64,000 bases of DNA from Lingula anatina (taxonomy: Eukaryota; Animalia; Brachiopoda): NCBI GenBank assembly GCA_051362555.1, contig CM120640.1, positions 63,156,788 through 63,220,787 on the forward strand. Direction: 5' to 3'. Position numbers and translations under genes: made by a program. The notes below the pieces were generated by a model, which was given only the letters and a program-made list of their open reading frames with translations, was not told where the DNA came from and ran no database searches. Below are positions 55,601 to 64,000 of the stretch, one piece after another. Every line of letters begins with the position of its first letter. Within the stretch, counting starts at the first letter, position 1.

Positions 55601-57675
55601 GAATTTTTTATACACCCTTGAATTTCACTGAACTCATTCTTCGTTAAACAAGCCGTGATTTTTGTTATTAAATGCATTGTTCACATTTTAGGAAACTCCA
55701 TGGAATATTGATACAATATGCCATGATGGAAAATCTAAAACTGTAAGTTACCATGTGTTTTAAATTTTGGTCCAAAATAATGTTAAATTATAGTGCAGGT
55801 CAACACACGTGCTTTCTAAAGTCCAGTGTCATCCTTGTTAAACAATTCTCTTCATGAATATTTTGCACGCAGTGTCATTGTTACGTTGCATGTTTTCATC
55901 ATGTTTTGACTTTTTTGGGGCAGAAACGATTTTTGAAAGATGTTTATATTTTGTTTGTTGTTGAGATGTCACTCAAATGTCTTTGTAGTATTTTATTTAC
56001 CAAAAGAAAATTAGACCAAAATGTATTTTGTTTTAGGTTATCAACAAGTCAACACCAGCCAAAAAAGAAGTCTTGACAGATGAAGAGAGATCAAAACGCC
56101 AAACAGAATTCACAAAACAGAATGAAAAACTCTTGAAAAAATTTGGAATGTTTAGAAGATATGAGGATTCTGAGCAGTTTTTGTTGGAACATCCTTTCTT
56201 GGTGTGTGAAGAAACAGCTAATTACTTAGTATTGTGGTGCATCAACTTGGAAGTTGAAGAGGCAAGTCAACTTTAAGATGCAGTATGAGAATAACTGATG
56301 ATAGACAGCAATAAATTTGATACAGTACAATAAGGCGTGCATTGATACCAAATTAACAGGGCTATATTAGAAAGGTCATCCATGTAGAAGGTTCTGCAAC
56401 AACAAAAAAATATTATAAAGAAATTTTGCTTCATAAGAAAATTGTGAATGTTCTAAAGTATTGAATTGTATAATTTTTTTTATTAAATTTTGGTCATAAA
56501 TTAATTTTATTTTCACAAATTTCATTTTATATCCATTATAGAAAAGAGACCTGATGAACCATGTATCTCATCAGACAATTGTTATGCAGTTTATTCTGGA
56601 ATTGGCCAAGCAGTTGGATCGTGATCCCAAGTCTTGTGTTAGACCCTTCTTCTCAAGGTAAGCATGTAAACTGTTATACTGCATTCTTTTAACTTGAAAT
56701 ATTTGTAATATTTTTTCACAGTACAACAGGGTGAAATGATTAAATAGGGTCACTTGAATGCTGCACTTTTTCTATCCAGTTTGTATATTGAGCTACATTT
56801 TCACTTATCCACAGGATCAAGCTGGCAGAGAAACAGTCCGTGGAGGCAGAAAGACAATATATGGCAGCTTTTAATGATGAATTGGAGTCTTTTAAAGAAC
56901 GTGTCCGTGAGAGAGCACAAGCAAGAATTGAAGCAGCAATGAAAGAGGTGGAAATGGTGTGTAAAAAAAGAATTAGTTAGAAAACCCTAGCTTGAAGATA
57001 AATGCATTGTTAAAGCTTTAAAGGAAGGTCCTGATGGCAAAGTGAACAAAAGAAAAAATTGTGGTGATTTTAATTAAATTCTCTGATGTATAAGATTAAT
57101 GTGGTATGTCTTATATATATTCTTACCATCAAAGAAATAAAAAATTTTGTTTCTTTATCTGTTACAGGAGGAAAGGCAAGCTCGCTTGGGACCAGGAGGA
57201 TTAGATCCAGTAGAAGTATTTGAGTCATTGCCAAAAGTAAGCAATATTTTTTTTTCTGTGAAAGAAATAGTTGATAAATAGTAACATTTTCACGAGAAAG
57301 ATCTGGATTAGATATACTACATATCAATACTAGTTAATTGGAGGAGGATATTGAACAATACACGCAGAAAAAGTTTTTTTTAAATTTACAAAATTTTACA
57401 TGAATAATAAAGAAAGGAAAGCCTGTGCTCTTTAATAAAATCAGTACAGTGGCATAGTGTCCTGAAACTTGAGTAATGCTCACAAAAATCTTTTCTAGGC
57501 CCTGCAGGAATGTTTTGAAAGTAAAGATATAGCATTACTGCAAAAGACTGTTATGGAAATGCCGAAAGAAGAGGCAGAATATCACATTAAACGCTGTGTA
57601 GATTCGGGGCTCTGGGTGCCCGATGCCAAGAAAGCAGAAGGCCAGGAGGCAGAGGGTGCTGAGGCAGCAGTTTAA
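52696..57675 (+). CDS. CDC37: Hsp90 co-chaperone Cdc37
   Basis: Exons 52696-52758, 53988-54121, 54556-54607, 54878-54988, 55692-55742, 56037-56261, 56542-56657, 56815-56956, 57168-57236, 57499-57675. Motifs [97 protein letters not shown]. Confidence 0.98.
52876..52890. promoter_or_regulatory. Heat-shock element (three alternating nGAAn units) in CDC37 intron 1
   Basis: gGAAgtTTCtaGAAt, about 120 nt downstream of the first donor. Confidence 0.5.
53301..53350. repeat. 10-bp tandem repeat (RYAGAAATGG) x5
   Basis: atagaaatgg atagaaatgg gcagaaatgg atagaaatgg acagaaatgg. Confidence 0.9.
54997..55215. mobile_element. Palindromic MITE relic in a CDC37 intron
   Basis: ctggggagtctcactaaatt...aatttagtgagactccccag inverted arms; related to 46467-46720. 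Confidence 0.75.
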
Positions 57676-59443
57676 GAGAAAAGTGACAAAATACAAATAT
57701 TATTTCAAAATATTTTCAATCAGTTAATATATGTAATATAACATAAATCATCCAGCTGCTAGATACAGCAGTTTTAAACTGGTGATTCTGCTAGTGGCAC
57801 CAATATTGAATGACTTAATACAAGACTTCAAATTTCTGAGAATTTAACCTTACTAAATCCATTTATATGCTTCTCACATATGCTGCTTTTGAATGCAACA
57901 GTGATATGATAATTGTACAGGTTTCATTGGTTATTCATAAAAATTCAGTCTTGATGTTGATGATATATTTTGTAGATAGCATTTTGCTCCCTAGAATGTT
58001 TCATTGTACATGTTTAATGCTCTTTAATGATGTAAATTTCATTATGAATTTTCATAAGCCAACTGTCCATAAACATTTCATTGGCTCAAATAATTCAACA
58101 CCTTGAAGTTATTTCATGTACTTAAATATTTTCTTCAGTTCAAAGGAGTATTTTGAAATCGTTACTGTTGGAAATGTCACTTACCGGTTTGGAACATTTC
58201 AGTTTGATTCATTTAAAAAGTTGAAAAAATGTTTAGCTATTGTGAAGGCCCTTGACATGTATAAAAATATGCATAATGTACAGCCATTATTTCACAAATA
58301 TACCAAATTTATTGTCCAAGGATCAGTGGCTTGATCTGCAAGCATGTTTAAGGTGAAAACCATAACTGAATAAACAAGGTTAATACCATTCTAAATTAAT
58401 GTTTACAAAAAATAAGAATTTATTTTTTCATCCAAAATTGAACTTGTTGGTAAATTGATTCAAAAATTAACCTTTATTACGTTTCAATTATACAAAAAAG
58501 TATAATAATTGCCACTGTTTAATACAATATAATTTTAACAATAAGGCATTTCAAATTAGTTATATTTACAATAACATATTTATATATTTATTAGCCCACA
58601 GAGCTGAAAGAGAAATAAAATACATTTATATGCAAATACATTAAAAATGGGACTGCTGTTTATGTATAAAGAAATATAGTGAAAGCAAAATGACAAGCAC
58701 AAAAATGCAGGCAACTGCAGTGTGCTGATAACAATGACATTAGTATCGCAGTTTATTAAATAAAAGGGTTAATCATGTTCATCAAACAGTTTACAGCTAA
58801 CCTAGCTTAAGCAAATCCAAGGCATTTTGTCTTGATTGCTATATATACATAATAAAAGGTTATAAGATAATATCACAAACTGGTTAGGTCTATTACTGAA
58901 AATCAAATTCAGTCAATCACAAAAATTTGCATATCAGACCCTGAGTTAAAATTTGCAGTTAAAGTATAACAATTCTTTGTATGAGATCCATATTTCACAA
59001 TAAATTTGTTGTAAACAACTCCTAAAAGTAATTATAAATTCTATGTTGCCACCATTACGGCAGTAATCACAATTATTCTGGAAACTTTGTTTGCCATCCG
59101 AACATGTGACCTCCATAGATGGCTACCTGCTGTAATAATTGCTTAAGATTACCTAACTTTTTAGAAAAAAAGGGACTAACTTTGAATGTCAGAAAGGATT
59201 CATTAACCATTGGCAAGAATGGGAAAATTGTCATTTACTCCAGGAAAATCTATTTTTTTGGCCAAAATGAACAGCTGTTTTCCTTTTAAGGAATGCAAAT
59301 AGAGACATCACAGCTTGATATCACAAATTTGTTCTTATTAAATATTCAGAAATCTAACATAAAGAACCAACTGTCCAAAAACATTTCAGTTGGACTAGAA
59401 GGGATGGATCCAATAAAAATCCAATTGCAGGGTAGACAGCTTA

Positions 59444-59981
59444 CGAGGGTTGATTGATAAGTAGTGAGCCTCGTGTGGAAGGGGTTAAGCAGGGATATCC
59501 CTTTTCAGCCCTTCTATTCCCTGACTATTTAAAGGTGTGTGGCCAAAGTTTGGTGTCATTTGGTTAGTTTATGTCGACGAGGCAGCGGAAAGCTCAGGAA
59601 AGGTGTACTGTTCCTCCAGGACAATGCCCCTGCTCACAAGTCTGTCATTGCCATGGCTTCATTCAATGAGTGTGGCTTTGAACTGATAGAACATCCACCT
59701 TATTCGCCTGACCTTGCTCCCTCTGACTATTATCTATTTCCCAAATTGAAAAAGGCCATTTCAGGTGCTCACTTTGTGTCAGATGATGACGCCATACGTG
59801 AAGTGGAGGGGTTTCTGAACGGCCAAGAGAAGGGCTTCTACAAAAGTGGCATAGAGGCTCTCAAAACTCACTGGCAAAAGTGTATAGATACTCAAGGAGA
59901 CTATGTTGAAAAATAAAGAAAAATACTTGTAAAATGTGTACCCCTTCTATACGAGGCTCACTACTTATTAATCAACCCTTG
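59444..59981 (+). mobile_element. Internally deleted mariner (D34D) element retaining both TIRs and the transposase C-terminus
   Basis: ta|CGAGGGTTGATTGATAAGTAGTGAGCCTCGT ... ACGAGGCTCACTACTTATTAATCAACCCTTG|ta; ORF to 59916 has LQDNAPAH, HPPYSPDLAPSDYYLF (34 residues between the two Asp) and W.KCI...GDYVEK. DNA-binding domain and first catalytic Asp are absent. Confidence 0.96.
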
Positions 59982-62168
59982 TAATCTGCCGAGACACCAG
60001 CCCCATCATTTTCCTTGGTGTATCCTTCTGGCAGAGGCAGGTCAAAAAGGATGGGTGGGTTTGTTGGCTTATACCGAAGCGTGCAAGTTGAGGCATTGAT
60101 AAAGGTTGTTGTCCCATCTGTTGTCACACCATAACCTAAGCCATAGATATTATATTTATATTTAAATGTTACAAGAACAAAATGTTGATCATTTTAATCA
60201 GTCACCTTTAAATCAATCACACTTAAATTCATTTTTACATACCAGAATATACTATGCTTTACAAATTAATTTCAAACATAAAACCTGCCCAAATGCCTTA
60301 CCTTCATGAATGTGGCCAAAGATGTGATACTTAGGCTGAACTCGGTTCTGAATGACACTGAGCAGTTCCACACAACCAGTTCTAAGTCCATCAAAACATA
60401 TATCTCCATGGCCTACAAAGATAAAAGCATGAAACCATTGGGATTTTAAAAGATAATTGCATCTGAGCACAGGATGTGAATCCTGTTTTTGGCCTTCTGA
60501 CTTGTGTAATACCAAGTGCAAAGTAAGAGTGCATAAACAGAAATCTACATGTGTCTGGCCAAAATATGTACGTTGCCAAGATAGGTATGTCTTGGGTGTT
60601 TTTTTTTTCTTCTCATAACTGCCAAATGAAATTAAACTTAATTCAAAATTATTTTAAAAAAGACTCCAAAATAAAAATGTGATGGTTTAGAAGGTAAACT
60701 TTTTATGAGATTTTTTTCAGTGTGAAACTGGCCATTTAAAAAGGCTTATTGGCAAGCATAACATGTAAATTGTTCTCATGCCACTCCCACTGTGGTTATT
60801 TCATTTCTATTATTTAAATACATATTAAAGGACAACATTAAATACCAATAGGAGGTCCATGAGTCAAAAGAACATCAACATCCTTTGGAATAAGATTCCA
60901 CTTCTCCAATATATCTTTTCCTCTTGTAACATTGAATCCCCAGCCACAGAATTCTGGCTGCCTACAAATTATACAGACATTTATTAGAAATTTTGTGAAA
61001 AATCACCATAAATACGTTTTATAGATAAAAGGGAATATGCATACATATGTATACTTTACGCATATAATTACAGGCACATTTATGTCTAATAAGACAAAAG
61101 CATTATTTCCTTCCTCAAACATTTTACCCAAATATGATCCATACAGTCTGTACATGTTTTACAAAAAAAAAAAATGCAATTCCCTTATGTAAAGTTTTCA
61201 TTAAAAATATATGAACTATAGAAAAGAATGTCTTACCAGGGTGAACCATAGATCTTTAAACCATAGATATCAATGGCAGAGTCTTGCAAATAGATGCAGT
61301 TAGTGAGAAGATCCCACATGTGTGGATTCTCTTTCCCTGTTTTTGAACAGAGGGTTGCTTTCAATTTATCCACATCTATTCTGAAGACATGCTTAAGGTT
61401 TGGTCTGGTGGCTAAACTTTCCTCATCAAAAGTTATATCATGATTTCCAGCAATGACCACTTTATATTTGTGAGGTAAGCTTCCTGGAATTGATGTCAAA
61501 TATAAGCAAATATAGTCATAAGTAACAGTCTGGTCTAGGCTGATTTAAATCTGGTTAGGCCAATTGAAATTTTAATCTGGCCTAGATGGATTAAAAATCT
61601 GCTTGGATTTTATTCTGACCTGTGACAAATAATAACACAGAATGTTTCATGTTGTATGACTCTTACCCCAGCACTTGCTGAATAGGATTGATTTTCTTTA
61701 GATTAAATAACAGTCAATCCTTATTGTACCTTAAAATGGTAGAATTTACTTTAACTATGCAGAGAGACTAAAATGTCTAAATTTAATCAAAAATCAAATT
61801 GCTTTTTATATATGTCTGATTTTAAAAGTCTTCTGATTCTCACCCAAAAATTCATTAAAAGCAATGGTTTGATCAATCTCTCCATGGAAAGTGAAATCTC
61901 CAGCATGCAGCAAGACATCTCCATTTGGTATTGGGTTCATTTTGTGTGTTTGGTGGTGAGTATCTGATATACAAACAAATCTCACTTTGTCTGGGTAGAT
62001 GGGAGTATCCAGTGGCAAACAAGTAACTTTTTTCACTTTTTGTTTCACCTTCAACATTGACCATGCTTTTGTAGGATTGTCAGTGAACTGATGCACCTTG
62101 ATGCCATCCAATTCTCCCATGGCTTTGTCCTTTGTGGGACCTCGAAATATTTTCTTCAGATGTGACAT
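59972..62168 (-). CDS. MPPED: Metallophosphoesterase domain-containing protein (MPPED1/2 family)
   Basis: Exons 62168-61844, 61483-61237, 60961-60846, 60412-60302, 60135-59972. Motifs RFVCISDTH, GDVLLHAGDFT, KVVIAGNHD, IYGSPWQP, DVLLTHGPP, HIFGHIHEGYG, FINAS. Acceptor before 62180 implies an upstream exon. Confidence 0.95.
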
Positions 62169-62693
62169 CAAAGTGGTTTTCTGGAAAAATGAAATTGTGA
62201 ATAAACATTAATTTCGATTTATGCTGTCTCATAATTGCAGATTTCACCTACATCAAAATTGACAAGAAAAAAATGAAAGAGATGATTATACATGTGCTAA
62301 TGATGATAATTTCTGTATCGACTGCTCATGTATTAATTCCATAAATTAAGCCAAAGTGTGAGACCATCGTTGTAGATAGTTAATTACCATCACTTTTGGC
62401 TCTACTTGAATTCTGCTTGCTACATTACCAAACATTACTTACACAGATACTACAATGTACATGCACTGGTATTACAGGTGTTCAGGATGATTTACAATTT
62501 ACAGGTGCTTCTCTCAGTTTTTCATGTACTGAGGAGTATTTGATCCAGTTCCGTGTTGGCTGACAGTAACGTAACACATTTGATGATAAGTTAGTTTATC
62601 GTTGATCCACACCACACACATAAGTACAAGTTGTCTACACAGAAGTCATATAAATTTCGGCTGATTCACTTCATAAAATTAGAGCTGACGTTG

Positions 62694-62707
62694 ATCACGT
62701 GACGTCA
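62694..62707. promoter_or_regulatory. Overlapping E-box (TCACGTGA) and full CRE (TGACGTCA) in a probable divergent promoter
   Basis: aTCACGTGACGTCA upstream of MPPED (-) and of a candidate + strand first exon. Confidence 0.5.
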
Positions 62708-63936
62708 ACAAAATGTTACGTTAACGCTAAGTTCCTGTACTGTTACTGTTGATAAAGTGAACTTTCTATGCTTTGAAATAGATATTTGATAAAAAAAACT
62801 TCGCCCTACAGTTTGTGGACGACAATCCTTTGGAAGCATCATATTAGATGTAGATGCACTGTCATGAATGAGGTCAGCATAGAGGTCAATGAAAGTGGTT
62901 CTCTAAGTGACGGAGGTACGAAAGCTTGCTGTGTAAAGAGAGGAGGCAGGTGTTCCTCCAGGTATGCCGTTTCCCTGTACAATCTAATAGCAGTCTGAGC
63001 TAGGTATGCGAGTTGTGGCAAAATCACTGCAACAAGATTATGCGCTATTGTAAAAATAAGTCAGTTTAATTATCAACCGATCAAGGTGATAGCCGAGCGT
63101 GTCAATGTCATTCATTGTTAATATAACGTTAATGATGTTCGTTTTACTACAAGTATTATTCATCCTAATATTTGTTAAATGGCAAGTCATTGTTAGGAAC
63201 ACTGACATGGCCCTTGTGTTTTCTTTCTTTTTCTCTCTCTAATTTCTGAGGGTATTTTGCATTGTTGACTCCAATCCATTTTGCTACATGCACTCAAGAT
63301 TGCATGCATGAGTATCGTTTCAAAATGTTTGATCTTAATAACTTATAATTATACCTGTAATTAGCGTGAGATGAATAGATCAATCATTTTCATTTGATTG
63401 ATATATTTTGTAAGCAAAGCCTTAGACTTTATGGCATGGTTTGTGTTTTTGAACTAACATTTTACCATTATATTGAGAGTTTGTACAGTATACCATGTAC
63501 ATGTACATGTACATGTACTTAAGATAACAGCTGGATTTTATTTTGCCATTTCCAGTTAGACTACTGCATGGGTACATGTTATTTTTGAATGCCAGAAGCA
63601 ATCTGGCTTGCCAAAGATATGAAAGGCAGGCAAATGTTATCAGACACAAAAGGCCACTGACTATTATTATACTGTATGTGGGTGTATAAGTGGGCCTTCT
63701 TAATGCATTTACACATTTTTATAGTTTTAACATGAAATATTATAGCTATTGTTCAAATATTTTCGTAACACATGTGACACGATAACCAGATTTGCATTGC
63801 CAGAGAACTATATGAGCAACCGTTCTACAGAGAGAGGAAGAAAAAAGAATCTTCACCTTTAATTGTAATATTTGGAACAATATGAAATAATCTCACTTTT
63901 CTTTATTTAATTTTTCTAGACATATAGCTAGAGAGA

Positions 63937-64000
63937 ATGAAGCCAGCAGGGAAACATCTAGGAGAGCTGTTGGGGGAAAGTAATATTGACACAGCCCACA
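63937..64000 (+). CDS. Possible start of a further gene running off the window (MKPAGKHLGELLGESNIDTAH...)
   Basis: Strong acceptor tttttctag before 63920, then ATG with frame open to the window end; candidate upstream exon with AG|GTATGC donors near 62962 and 63004. No family recognisable. Confidence 0.35.
   Translation, partial: MKPAGKHLGELLGESNIDTAH

Noticed and set aside
59539-59916. Functional or domesticated (SETMAR-like) transposase gene
   Set aside because: Starts at GTG in TIR-proximal sequence, lacks the DNA-binding domain and first catalytic Asp, and sits within a 538-bp deleted element.
1-64000. tRNA, rRNA or prokaryotic operon/defence system
   Set aside because: No cloverleaf with A/B boxes or rRNA-like sequence recognised by eye; all genes are spliced eukaryotic genes. 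A tRNAscan/Rfam run would be needed to exclude small RNAs fully.

Overview
AT-rich, intron-rich eukaryotic (invertebrate animal, probably lophotrochozoan; inferred from gene content and repeat types) genomic DNA, not prokaryotic. Spliced genes reconstructed by reading GT-AG boundaries and codon phase: the 5' part of a PDE3-type cyclic nucleotide phosphodiesterase (-), a small stand-alone Dpy-30/RIIa-type dimerization/docking protein resembling the N-terminus of adenylate kinase 5 (-), CNOT2 (+), a bestrophin (-), CDC37 (+), an MPPED-family metallophosphoesterase (-), and probably the start of another gene at the right edge (+). Introns and intergenic DNA carry many non-autonomous DNA transposons (9-bp-TSD foldback MITEs, Harbinger-like, Kolobok-like, Helentron/HINE-like, Tc1/mariner) and an L2/CR1 LINE relic, some nested. 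Most notable: a mariner relic inserted exactly into the MPPED stop codon and now supplying the C-terminus, the 84-aa docking-domain microprotein upstream of PDE3, a candidate alternative PDE3 first coding exon, and two structured intronic segments in CNOT2. Most short ORFs in the supplied track are spurious. Family calls rest on recalled motifs; no searches were run.
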